A DNA stretch of 64,000 nucleotides. Origin: Escherichia coli (GTDB lineage Bacteria; Pseudomonadota; Gammaproteobacteria; Enterobacterales; Enterobacteriaceae). The position numbers were made by a program, and so were the translations under genes. Of this stretch, positions 44,913 to 55,862 are shown piece by piece; position 1 is the first letter of the stretch; every line of letters starts with the position of its first letter. The DNA is taken from assembly GCF_046105845.1 (NCBI RefSeq), contig NZ_CP151004.1; one strand, 5' to 3'. The notes below the pieces were generated by a model that made no database searches, was not told where the DNA came from, and saw nothing but the letters and a program-made list of their open reading frames with translations.

Positions 44913-45666
44913 GTTGTCACCCTGGACCTGGTCGTACATTTAAGAAATTAAATCATTTCAACTTGGTTGTTAACGCAACCTGTATTTTGTTAACGCTGCG
45001 TTACGATGGAAAGTATGTCTGCGGAAATATTTTTAATAACTCACCCGCGCGTTGTATTTTTCTTTTTTTGTTCATACCAAAGTATTAAAACCCACGTAAA
45101 TACGCTGTTATCTACGCAAAAAAATATTTTGTTTTCTTTTAAATCTCCGTTTTCCGCAATCAAAAATCACCAGACAGCCATTCTTCTTGCCCGTCGCTGA
45201 TTGCTGCGATATGTCTTGCGCACAAGCCGTGACAAACCTCGTCTTTTTGCAGTAAAAAATTGTCCACGGAGGTGTGAAGAAAAAACAAGAACGTTTTACA
45301 TGACGAAAGGACTACACCGAAATATTTTTTATATGCATTATTAGTAAGTTAGCACCATTTGTATGATTTTTTAAAATTGTGCAATAAAAACCAAATGTAC
45401 AACTTTTCTATCATTTCTAAACTTAATAAAACCTTAAGATTAACATTTTAATATAACGAGTTACATTTAGTTACATGTTTAACACTTGATTTAAGATTTG
45501 TAATGGCTAGATTGAAATCAGATGTAATCCATTAGTTTTATATTTTACCCATTTAGGGCTGATTTATTACTACACACAGCAGTGCAACATCTGTCAGTAC
45601 TTCTGGTGCTTCTATTTTAGAGGCAGCTGTCAGGTGTGCGATCAATAAAAAAAGCGGGGTTTCATC
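44913..45666. promoter_or_regulatory. csgBAC / csgDEFG divergent intergenic control region
   Basis: 754-bp AT-rich divergent region between csgB and csgD; known from the literature to carry sigma-S promoters, multiple transcription-factor sites and the long csgD 5' UTR targeted by sRNAs. Confidence 0.6.
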
Positions 45667-46317
<651 letters not shown>

Positions 46318-46321
46318 AGCC

Positions 46322-46711
46322 ATGAAACGTTATTTACACTGGATTGTGGCGGCAGAATTTCTGTTCGCCGCAGGGAATCTTCACGCCGTTGAGGTAGAAG
46401 TCCCGGGATTGTTAACTGACCATACTGTTTCATCTATTGGCCATGATTTTTACCGAGCCTTTAGTGATAAATGGGAAAGTGACTATACGGGTAACTTAAC
46501 GATTAATGAAAGGCCCAGTGCACGATGGGGAAGTTGGATCACAATAACGGTCAATCAGGACGTTATTTTCCAGACTTTTTTATTCCCGTTGAAAAGAGAC
46601 TTCGAAAAAACTGTCGTCTTTGCACTGATTCAAACTGAAGAAGCACTAAATCGTCGCCAGATAAATCAGGCGTTATTAAGTACGGGCGATTTGGCGCATG
46701 ATGAATTCTAA
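46322..46711 (+). CDS. csgE: Curli secretion specificity factor CsgE
   Basis: 129-aa ORF matching CsgE. Confidence 0.93.
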   Translation: MKRYLHWIVAAEFLFAAGNLHAVEVEVPGLLTDHTVSSIGHDFYRAFSDKWESDYTGNLTINERPSARWGSWITITVNQDVIFQTFLFPLKRDFEKTVVFALIQTEEALNRRQINQALLSTGDLAHDEF

Positions 46712-46735
46712 ATAAAAAATTGTTCGGAGGCTGCA

Positions 46736-47152
46736 ATGCGTGTCAAACATGCAGTAGTTCTACTCATGCTTATTTCGCCATTAAGTTGGGCTGGAACAAT
46801 GACTTTTCAGTTCCGTAATCCAAACTTTGGTGGTAACCCAAATAATGGCGCTTTTTTATTAAATAGCGCCCAGGCACAAAACTCGTATAAAGATCCGAGC
46901 TATAACGATGACTATGGTATTGAAACGCCCTCAGCGTTAGATAACTTTACTCAGGCCATCCAGTCACAAATTTTAGGTGGGCTACTGTCGAATATTAATA
47001 CCGGTAAACCGGGCCGCATGGTGACCAACGATTATATTGTTGATATTGCTAACCGCGATGGTCAATTGCAGTTGAACGTGACAGATCGTAAAACCGGACA
47101 AACCTCGACCATCCAGGTTTCGGGTTTACAAAATAACTCAACCGATTTTTAA
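46736..47152 (+). CDS. csgF: Curli assembly component CsgF
   Basis: 138-aa ORF matching CsgF. Confidence 0.93.
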   Translation: MRVKHAVVLLMLISPLSWAGTMTFQFRNPNFGGNPNNGAFLLNSAQAQNSYKDPSYNDDYGIETPSALDNFTQAIQSQILGGLLSNINTGKPGRMVTNDYIVDIANRDGQLQLNVTDRKTGQTSTIQVSGLQNNSTDF

Positions 47153-47178
47153 GCCCCAGCTTCATAAGGAAAATAATC

Positions 47179-48012
47179 ATGCAGCGCTTATTTCTTTTGG
47201 TTGCCGTCATGTTACTGAGCGGATGCTTAACCGCCCCGCCTAAAGAAGCCGCCAGACCGACATTAATGCCTCGTGCTCAGAGCTACAAAGATTTGACCCA
47301 TCTGCCAGCGCCGACGGGTAAGATCTTTGTTTCGGTATACAACATTCAGGACGAAACCGGGCAATTTAAACCTTACCCGGCAAGTAACTTCTCCACTGCT
47401 GTTCCGCAAAGCGCCACGGCAATGCTGGTCACGGCATTGAAAGATTCTCGCTGGTTTATACCGCTGGAGCGCCAGGGCTTACAAAACCTGCTTAACGAGC
47501 GCAAGATTATTCGTGCAGCACAAGAAAACGGCACGGTTGCCATTAATAACCGAATCCCGCTGCAATCTTTAACGGCGGCAAATATCATGGTTGAAGGTTC
47601 GATTATCGGTTATGAAAGCAACGTTAAATCGGGCGGTGTTGGGGCAAGATATTTTGGGATCGGTGCCGACACGCAATACCAGCTCGATCAGATTGCCGTG
47701 AACCTGCGCGTCGTCAATGTGAGTACCGGTGAGATCCTCTCCTCGGTGAACACCAGTAAGACGATACTTTCCTATGAAGTTCAGGCCGGGGTTTTCCGCT
47801 TTATTGACTACCAGCGCTTGCTGGAAGGAGAAGTGGGTTACACCTCGAACGAACCCGTTATGCTGTGCCTGATGTCGGCTATCGAAACAGGGGTCATTTT
47901 CCTGATTAATGATGGTATCGACCGTGGTCTGTGGGATTTGCAAAATAAAGCAGAACGGCAGAATGACATTCTGGTGAAATACCGCCATATGTCGGTTCCA
48001 CCGGAATCCTGA
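47179..48012 (+). CDS. csgG: Curli secretion channel lipoprotein CsgG
   Basis: 277-aa ORF with lipobox LLSGC, matches CsgG. Confidence 0.95.
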   Translation: MQRLFLLVAVMLLSGCLTAPPKEAARPTLMPRAQSYKDLTHLPAPTGKIFVSVYNIQDETGQFKPYPASNFSTAVPQSATAMLVTALKDSRWFIPLERQGLQNLLNERKIIRAAQENGTVAINNRIPLQSLTAANIMVEGSIIGYESNVKSGGVGARYFGIGADTQYQLDQIAVNLRVVNVSTGEILSSVNTSKTILSYEVQAGVFRFIDYQRLLEGEVGYTSNEPVMLCLMSAIETGVIFLINDGIDRGLWDLQNKAERQNDILVKYRHMSVPPES

Positions 48013-48023
48013 TAGATAAAAAT

Positions 48024-48049
48024 GCCGGAATTAATAATCCGGCATTTTA
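48024..48049 (+). terminator. Rho-independent terminator of csgDEFG
   Basis: GCCGGAATTAATAATCCGGC hairpin followed by ATTTTA, 12 bp after the csgG stop. Confidence 0.5.
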
Positions 48050-48076
48050 CTGTTTAAGCGAAAGCGTGAGTGCCCC

Positions 48077-48568
48077 TCACGCTTTATTTTTGATTTGCTG
48101 CTCACGGTGAGCGGTCTTCGTACTACGCGCCGCCAGCCACAGGCCGCTGTTTTTCATTGCGTAACCAAATATCAACCCGAGCCCCAGCGAAGGTAACACC
48201 AGTTTCCAGTCACCCTGCCCGGCAAACGTCGCGCATGCGCCTATAAACGTTCCCGGAACAAATGAAAGCAGCAGCTGTTTGGCCTGAATACACATCAGAA
48301 ACGCGACAATACCGGTTATGACATAACCGAGAATTTCCAGATGTGGTGCCAGTGCACTACCGTAAATAATGACCATCGCCCACACCACGCCACTAAGCAG
48401 GGTTGCAGCGGAGATCGCCAGCCCTTTCAGCCCACCTTGCGGGCAGGCAAAGTAGGCCGTACAGCCCAGGAAGCCCGCCCAGCTTAGTAAGCCCAGGGAA
48501 ACAGCCACCCATCCCCAGATACCGGAGAGAATGCCTGTTGTGATTGCAATAGAGAGAAGTATGTTCAT
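48077..48568 (-). CDS. ycdZ: Inner membrane protein YcdZ (DUF1097)
   Basis: Track ORF 48077-48616; probable start MNILLSIAITTGILSG (163 aa); multi-TM. Confidence 0.8.
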   Translation of the reverse strand: MNILLSIAITTGILSGIWGWVAVSLGLLSWAGFLGCTAYFACPQGGLKGLAISAATLLSGVVWAMVIIYGSALAPHLEILGYVITGIVAFLMCIQAKQLLLSFVPGTFIGACATFAGQGDWKLVLPSLGLGLIFGYAMKNSGLWLAARSTKTAHREQQIKNKA

Positions 48569-48669
48569 GCCGCGCATGATAGCAGAAAACGCGGCCATGA
48601 ATGAGATCGAGCACACATTTTATGCAACAACAAATTATCTGTTGCAGTTATGAGTGATGCAGATCACAT

Positions 48670-49224
48670 TTACTCTTCAGAATCTTCTTCCAGCTCGTCC
48701 CACATTGCACTAATAGCATCGCGGGTTAGCGGTGCCATGGTGCGCCAGAAAGGCGTAGTTGCATGGGCCTCCACTTTGCCAAGGAACGCACCACACCAGG
48801 GTAACAGATACTCACTGAACAGTGTTTCCAGTGCTTCGCTCTCATCTTCCGTTGACTGATCTTCCAGCCAGGAAGCCGCGAGCAGCAATGTGCCGATGTG
48901 ATCGGCTGGCGTATCCGCTAATGGCATCCCCCTTTCGGAAAGAAAAGCGCGCACTTCCGCTTCCGTCGCGCCCTCAACCCATGCGCTACGATATGGCGGC
49001 ACAGCACATTCATCGCCGATAAACAACGCATTGTAATCGGCAGAGACTTGCGCCATATCACAGCTTTTCTGTAAACGCGTCAGTAACTCATCCTGCTCCA
49101 GTGGCCAGTTCGCAGCCAGTTTCCCCTCACGAATCAGGGTAAACAGCGGCACCAGTAAAGGATCTTGCGGTTGGCGGTAATAGAGCGAACCCAGCACACG
49201 ACAGAGGATAGAAAACTCGTTCAT
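48670..49224 (-). CDS. ycdY: Chaperone YcdY (TorD-like redox enzyme maturation protein family)
   Basis: 184-aa ORF matching YcdY. Confidence 0.88.
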   Translation of the reverse strand: MNEFSILCRVLGSLYYRQPQDPLLVPLFTLIREGKLAANWPLEQDELLTRLQKSCDMAQVSADYNALFIGDECAVPPYRSAWVEGATEAEVRAFLSERGMPLADTPADHIGTLLLAASWLEDQSTEDESEALETLFSEYLLPWCGAFLGKVEAHATTPFWRTMAPLTRDAISAMWDELEEDSEE

Positions 49225-49247
49225 TAATATATTTCCATTACTAGTAA

Positions 49248-49985
49248 TTAAAGGTCTGCAAATTCCGCAATCGGTGCCATACCACGAGATTCAAGGAAGT
49301 TCAGTAAGCGGCGCGGAGAAACATTCAAAATGCGCTCTGGCGGAAAATCTACCGCGTCGAGGATTTTAAGACACTCTTCAAATTCACCCATGGTAAACGC
49401 GGTGTGAGAATCCGAACCTAATGCCACCCAACCTCCAGCGTCACGTACCGCTGCGGCTACCGCACGACAGTTGTCTTCACTGCCCTTACGTGAGTGTAAA
49501 AATGAGGAATTATTGATTTCCAGCGCCACCTGATGTTTCGCAGCTGCTTCAGCAACGGCTTTAACATCTATTTCATATTTCGGATTTCCGGGATGGCTTA
49601 TTATATGCACATTGCCGCTGGCGATAGTGGCGATCATCGCTTGCGTATTGGTCGCTTTGTCATGCGGCGCAAACACCGGCTCATGAAAACCGGCAATAAT
49701 CAGATCCAGCGAATCAAACATTTTGCCACTGCAGTCAATTTCACCGTCAACATTTTTAATGTTAGCTTCGATGCCGCGCAGGATCCCTACTCCATCAACC
49801 ACTCGCGGCCAGATACGCATGTTAATGAAGTGCCAGTGATGCGGCGCATCTTCCATATCCGGGCCATGATCGGTGATCGCAAAAAGTTTAATGCCCTTTT
49901 GTTTGGCCTGGGCAATGTAATCACTCAATGTGCTATATGCATGCGTGCTAGCAACGGTATGCATATGAAGGTCGACGGGATACAT
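49248..49985 (-). CDS. ycdX: PHP-family zinc phosphoesterase YcdX
   Basis: 245-aa [24 protein letters not shown] motif. Confidence 0.9.
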
Positions 49986-50039
49986 AACTCTCTCCTGTAT
50001 TCAATTCCCGCCAAGGATAGCAGGAAACCTGATGCTTTA

Positions 50040-51017
<978 letters not shown>

Positions 51018-51211
51018 TTATCGTTATGATCAACAAAAGCTACCAGCATAACAAATCCGTGGTCGGTGGCAAAAAAAGCAGATTTCGCTTATTAAAACCA
51101 CACATTGATTGAAGTTTGAATAAACGCGCGATTTTTTAAAAAAGTTTGTTGACCTCAGGTCATGATTTCCCTAAATTAGCGCCCGTTCCAGCAAGACAGG
51201 AACGACAATTT

Positions 51212-51299
51212 GGTGAGGTGTCCGAGTGGCTGAAGGAGCACGCCTGGAAAGTGTGTATACGGCAACGTATCGGGGGTTCGAATCCCCCCCTCACCGCCA
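51212..51299 (+). tRNA. serX: tRNA-Ser (anticodon GGA), 88 nt with long variable arm
   Basis: GGTGAGGTGTCCGAGTGGCTGAAGGAGCACGCCTGGAAAGTGTGTATACGGCAACGTATCGGGGGTTCGAATCCCCCCCTCACCGCCA: acceptor stem pairs, anticodon loop CT-GGA-AA, T-loop GGTTCGAATCC, 3' CCA encoded. Confidence 0.92.
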
Positions 51300-51925
51300 T
51301 CTTTAAAGAAGAGCTCGTACGAAGGTACGGGCTTTTTTTTCGTATATTGCACACACCGGGGGATGAGAAGCCCCGACCGGGGTTCGACAACTGGCGACAG
51401 CCAGTTGGACAGACCGTGAACGCAGTGAGCGGGCTGCCCGCAGGGCGAGCGAAGCGAGTCAATCCCCCCTCACCGCCATCTTTAAAGAAGAGCTCGTACG
51501 AAGGTACGGGCTTTTTTTTCGTATATTGCACACACCGGGGGATGAGAAGCCCCGACCGGGGTTCGACAACTGGCGACAGCCAGTTGGACAGACCGTGAAC
51601 GCAGTGAGCGGGCTGCCCGCAGGGCGAGCGAAGCGAGTCAATCCCCCCTCACCGCCATCTTTAAAGAAGAGCTCGTACGAAGGTACGGGCTTTTTTTTCG
51701 TATATTGCACACACCGGGGGATGAGAAGCCCCGACCGGGGTTCGACAACTGGCGACAGCCAGTTGGACAGACCGTGAACGCAGTGAGCGGGCTGCCCGCA
51801 GGGCGAGCGAAGCGAGTCAATCCCCCCCTCACCGCCATCTTTAAAGAAGAGCTCGTACGAAAGTACGGGCTTCTTTTTCGTATATTGCACACACCGGGGG
51901 GATGAGAAGCCCCGATCGGGGTACT
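51281..51925. repeat. Tandem direct repeats, 179-180 bp unit, about 3.5 copies, each beginning with a copy of the serX 3' end and terminator hairpin
   Basis: Units start at 51301, 51480, 51659 and 51839 (CTTTAAAGAAGAGCTCGTACGAAGGTACGGGCTTTTTTTTCG...); copies near-identical; last copy degenerate (GAAAG loop, CTTCTTTTT); each unit ends with AATCCCCCCTCACCGCCATC resembling the tRNA T-arm/acceptor 3' half. Confidence 0.9.
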
Positions 51926-51928
51926 TAG

Positions 51929-52615
51929 TTAATGCAACGGTTCACCCTTTGTCGCCGCGGCTAATGGGCGAATTTTGTCACGGGTATCCCAGACCGGAGG
52001 GATTTCATCCAATTTAGTGACAGAAGCTCGTACAAAAGGCACCCGTGCAATAGTCATAATCGTATTCAACCAACGGTCACGAATAATGCGATCTGCCCTT
52101 TCATGACTCGGATCATCCAGCTCAATAACACAGACTATTTTGTTGTTCTTCTTTGAAATCAGAACATAATCCATTGCCATTCCATTATAAATTGCAAAGA
52201 AACGCTTTCTTTCTTCTTCGCTAAACTCGGGTTGTTCTGGAAAGTTGATCAAGCGCCCCAGAGAGACCTGGCAATGGATATGACAATAATGTCCAAACCA
52301 TTTCTCCAGATTATCAAAATAGATTTTTTCACAACGCGTAATTAACCACTCTTTTCCTTCCAATAAAATACCTTCGGCAACCATTCCCTGGAACAACTCA
52401 TCTCGTTCTTGCCAACGAGAGTCACGATAGGTTTTCTGCGGTGTATAGCTCCTTGTCGACGCCTTAGCCGCAGGGGAAGTTGCAGAGGAAGGGACTGGTT
52501 GCGATCTAGTGATGATTACCGATGAGGCAACTTTTCGGAGTGTCAATTTTCTGGCAACAGCAAAACCGGCGACAAATGCAATTGTCAAACAAGTTACAAA
52601 AACCATAAAGCTCAT
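51929..52615 (-). CDS. Hypothetical membrane-anchored protein (228 aa), function unknown
   Basis: ATG at 52613-52615 with AGGTGA RBS 9 nt upstream; N-terminal TM helix MSFMVFVTCLTIAFVAGFAVA, Ser/Pro-rich linker, C-terminal soluble domain with HYCHIHC and IELDDPSHERADRIIRDR; occupies the position of ycdU in K-12 (from memory) but identity not verified. Confidence 0.6.
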   Translation of the reverse strand: MSFMVFVTCLTIAFVAGFAVARKLTLRKVASSVIITRSQPVPSSATSPAAKASTRSYTPQKTYRDSRWQERDELFQGMVAEGILLEGKEWLITRCEKIYFDNLEKWFGHYCHIHCQVSLGRLINFPEQPEFSEEERKRFFAIYNGMAMDYVLISKKNNKIVCVIELDDPSHERADRIIRDRWLNTIMTIARVPFVRASVTKLDEIPPVWDTRDKIRPLAAATKGEPLH

Positions 52616-53127
52616 AATTAATCTTCACCTATCCATGTTGATTATATTTCATTACTAACGCTACTCGCTGTAGCGAGTTACATGCCAACAATTCAACGAA
52701 CTATATATAGTTAGTATCATGTTTTGATTATTACAACCATCCCTATTTTACCATTGCGGCTTGCCGTCCACAAAAAATAACAACACACAATATTAGCTGA
52801 AGAATTAATTAAGATTAACCTTATATTTTTAATATTATCCCTAAAAAATAAAATCAGGAGAATATATTCGGTGTTAATCAGTCAGTCAAATTATGGCCCA
52901 TTGCTGATTAAACCTCATACGCAAAATTGGCACCAGACCTCCTGTACAGGTTGAATGGCTGGAAAAAGATAGGCAAAAAACTCTCCGCGCTGGCGGCATT
53001 ACATTGGTCGGGTGCTATGACGAAAAATGCCTGGTAAAAGCATCTAAACCAGAATTCATTTCAGCTTATCAACACGCTCAAAGTCGCCCCCCAGAACGTT
53101 AACCTGAAGTGAAAGTCTTTGCTGTTA

Positions 53128-53159
53128 ATGAAATAAAACAAAGCCCGGTTCGCCCGGGC
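53128..53159 (-). terminator. Rho-independent terminator of phoH
   Basis: Minus-strand hairpin GCCCGG-GCGAA-CCGGGC followed by TTTGTTTTATTT, 20 bp after the phoH stop. Confidence 0.5.
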
Positions 53160-53177
53160 TCTGTACCGATAATACAC

Positions 53178-54101
53178 TTAACTGTATGCATGTAGCGTAC
53201 GTTGGCAAAGTGCCGAACGTACGCAATCCTCTTTACCGAATCGGACGATCCCGACCATTTCATCTTCTTCGAAACGTTCCAGCGCGTCACTTAATCCGGA
53301 TCGCACGCCGCGAGGCAAATCGCATTGCGTGATATCACCGTTGACGATAACCGTCACGTTCTCCCCGAGGCGGGTTAAAAACATTTTCATTTGCGCGGCA
53401 GTCACATTCTGCGCCTCGTCAAGAATGACGACTGCATTTTCAAAGGTACGTCCACGCATATAGGCGAACGGCGCAATTTCCACCTTCCCTATTTCCGGTC
53501 GCAGGCAGTACTGCATAAAGGAAGCCCCTAAGCGCCGGACCAGCACGTCGTAGACCGGGCGAAAATAGGGAGCAAACTTTTCTGCGATATCACCAGGTAA
53601 GAAGCCAAGATCTTCATCGGCTTGCAGAACTGGACGGGTGACGATAATCCTGTCGACATCCTTATGTATCAGGGCCTCTGCCGCTTTTGCTGCGCTGATC
53701 CAGGTTTTTCCGCACCCGGCTTCGCCCGTGGCGAATATCAGCTGCTTACTCTCAATAGCCTTCAGATAGTGCAATTGCGCTTCATTTCGCGCGAGGATGG
53801 GCGAGGTATCGCGACTGTCGCGGGCCATACCAATGGCTTCTACGCCGCTCATCTGCACAAGCGAGGTGACCGATTCTTCTTCACGCTGCTTATGGCTGCG
53901 CGAATCCCGTCTCAGCACACGTTTTGCCTCGCGACGAGCTTTGATCACTGCTTTTTGTCTTCCCATGGAGAGCACCTTGAGTTGTTTGTATTCATCACAC
54001 GCGCCGTTGGCAGCGCGATTATGCGCACGAACATCAGAGGGTTGGCTTCCTTGTAAGCCATAGTTTGCTTTTGGATAAAATGCCGAAAAACGGCTACGCA
54101 C
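53178..54101 (-). CDS. phoH: Phosphate starvation-inducible ATPase PhoH; N-terminal extent uncertain
   Basis: Longest in-frame ORF is 307 codons from GTG 54101 (first ATG at 53966, MGRQKAVIKARREAKR..., giving 262 aa); Walker A GEAGCGKT and PhoH core conserved; see finding on a possible 5' frameshift. Confidence 0.85.
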   Translation of the reverse strand: MRSRFSAFYPKANYGLQGSQPSDVRAHNRAANGACDEYKQLKVLSMGRQKAVIKARREAKRVLRRDSRSHKQREEESVTSLVQMSGVEAIGMARDSRDTSPILARNEAQLHYLKAIESKQLIFATGEAGCGKTWISAAKAAEALIHKDVDRIIVTRPVLQADEDLGFLPGDIAEKFAPYFRPVYDVLVRRLGASFMQYCLRPEIGKVEIAPFAYMRGRTFENAVVILDEAQNVTAAQMKMFLTRLGENVTVIVNGDITQCDLPRGVRSGLSDALERFEEDEMVGIVRFGKEDCVRSALCQRTLHAYS

Positions 54102-54389
54102 ACCGTTTGCGGCGTCGGTAACACGAGTAAAGAGAGGAAGTGAGAAAAATACAGAGTGACGAAGTTGCTACCGGAGGAGAAATCTCCGCGAGTGGTGGAG
54201 CCTTGCTTAACAAAACATTGTCCAGAACAGGACGTTACCATCCGCGATCTCCATAGTGACTGACTATCACTGCCGGGAACTTCCGCTGCTACTTAATAAG
54301 TACAACAGATCTCGCATTCATTGCAACAATATATTCACTTATATTTAACTACAAAACACCATTTCAGTGACATTAGTTTCTACTGGAAA

Positions 54390-54408
54390 GATGACAGAGT
54401 GATGACAG
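54390..54408 (-). promoter_or_regulatory. Pho box (PhoB binding site) upstream of phoH
   Basis: Minus-strand CTGTCATCACTCTGTCATC: two direct CTGTCAT repeats with the 11-bp periodicity of the Pho box consensus. Confidence 0.55.
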
Positions 54409-54439
54409 TGATGAAAAAAGCTGTGTGCTTTCAGCAGGA

Positions 54440-54575
54440 TTCGCATCAGGCATCAGCGCACGAACGCCGGATGCGGCGTGAACGCCTGATCCAGCCTACC
54501 AAACCCGCACCGATTGTAGGCATGATAAGACGCGCAAGCGTCGCATCAGGCATCTGCGCACAAATGCCTTATACG
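54440..54575. repeat. REP/BIME cluster between phoH promoter region and efeB
   Basis: Several REP-type palindromes (GCATCAGGCATCAGCGCACGAACGCCGGATGCGGCGTGAACGCCTGATCCAGCCTAC etc.). Confidence 0.55.
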
Positions 54576-54585
54576 CCTAAAAACA

Positions 54586-55857
54586 TTAAACCCGCAATAA
54601 CGCGCTTCCGAGATAATCGTTCGCGTTCTTCACTCCCGGCAGCGCAAAGAAATAGCCGCCACCGATAGGTTTGACATATTCCTCCAGCGCCTCGCCATTC
54701 AACCTTTTTTGTACTGTCAGGAAGCCCTTTTCCAGATCGTGTTGGTAGCAGACAAACAGTAGCCCCATATCCAGTTGTCCGGAGTTGGTGACGCCCAACG
54801 AATAACTGTAGCCACGACGCAGCATCAGGCTGGACTCACTCTCCGCCGTGCGGGGATTCGCCAGCCGGATATGGCTGTCCAGCGCAATCACCTTCCCTTC
54901 CGGATCGCTAGCGTAATCGGGAACATCATGCTCATGCTGCATGCCCAGCGGCGCACCGGTTTGCTTATCACGACCAAATATCGTCTGCTGCTCTTTCAGC
55001 GGCGTTCTGTCCCAAAATTCCACTCGAAACTGAATCAAGCGTACTGCCTGATAGCTGCCACCGATTGTCCACGCAGGCTCCTGCTGATCTGCCGTCACCC
55101 ACACCACTTTTTGCATCAACTTATCATTCTGGCTATCGGGATTGGCAGTGCCGTCTTTGAAACCCAGCAAATTAATCGGCGTCTCTTTGCCTTTACTACG
55201 CGCCGCGTGATCGGAAATAAACCCTTCCCGCTTCCAGCGCACACTGAGCAAATCCGGCGTGTGTTTGATGATATCGCGCAGCGCATGGATCACCGTGTCC
55301 TGGGTGTTGGCGCAAATCTGTAGCAACACATCACCATGACATAACGCCGCATCCAGCGAGTCGTTGGGGAAACGCGTCATCTTCTGCAGCTTTTTTGGCA
55401 TCTGTGGCGCAAGGCCAAAGCGCTCATTAAACAATGAGTGACCCACCGATAACGTGATGGTGAGATTATCGGGCGCAATGTAGCCGCCAAGAATGCCGGA
55501 ATCGAGTGGTGGCAGGCGCGGATTTGGCGTTTCTGGTGCTGCTCCGCCCTGAGTCAGAAAAGCAAAACGCTGAGTCAACAAGCGAAACAACCGCTCAAGA
55601 TCGGCTTTATCGCTGGCAAGCACATCAAACGCCACCAGCATCATTGCGGCCTGTTGTGGCGTCAGGATCCCTGCCTGATGCTCACCATAAAACGGCTGTT
55701 TCTCATTGCGTGCATCCGGTGAAAGCGTACCCGGCGCACTTTGCGTTTTTTGTGCATGAGCGACCGGACAACTTCCCGCCAGCGCCAGTGCACCAATCCC
55801 TTTCAGTAAACGTCGGCGTGACGGTTCATTCACGCCGTTTTCATCTTTATACTGCAT
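54586..55857 (-). CDS. efeB: Dye-decolorising (DyP-type) haem peroxidase / deferrochelatase EfeB, Tat-secreted
   Basis: 423-aa ORF with twin-arginine signal [23 protein letters not shown]. Confidence 0.93.
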   Translation of the reverse strand: MQYKDENGVNEPSRRRLLKGIGALALAGSCPVAHAQKTQSAPGTLSPDARNEKQPFYGEHQAGILTPQQAAMMLVAFDVLASDKADLERLFRLLTQRFAFLTQGGAAPETPNPRLPPLDSGILGGYIAPDNLTITLSVGHSLFNERFGLAPQMPKKLQKMTRFPNDSLDAALCHGDVLLQICANTQDTVIHALRDIIKHTPDLLSVRWKREGFISDHAARSKGKETPINLLGFKDGTANPDSQNDKLMQKVVWVTADQQEPAWTIGGSYQAVRLIQFRVEFWDRTPLKEQQTIFGRDKQTGAPLGMQHEHDVPDYASDPEGKVIALDSHIRLANPRTAESESSLMLRRGYSYSLGVTNSGQLDMGLLFVCYQHDLEKGFLTVQKRLNGEALEEYVKPIGGGYFFALPGVKNANDYLGSALLRV

Positions 55858-55862
55858 AACGT

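Noticed and set aside
48063-48083. Hairpin AGCGTGAG-TGCCCC-TCACGCT as a second csgG terminator
   Set aside because: It overlaps the ycdZ stop codon and may just be coding sequence with incidental symmetry; the upstream GCCGGA...TCCGGC hairpin is a sufficient csgG terminator.
51146-51905. Multiple ORFs (51146-51598, 51160-51531, 51459-51890, 51526-51777, 51638-51892, 51705-51905) across serX and the 179-bp repeats
   Set aside because: They overlap the tRNA gene and are repeat-generated (the same peptide segments recur with the repeat period); no independent RBS or coding signal.
51281-51925. Possibility that the repeat array is a CRISPR array
   Set aside because: Units are 179 bp, contiguous and near-identical with no unique spacers, and no cas genes are nearby; it is a tandem duplication of a tRNA-adjacent segment.
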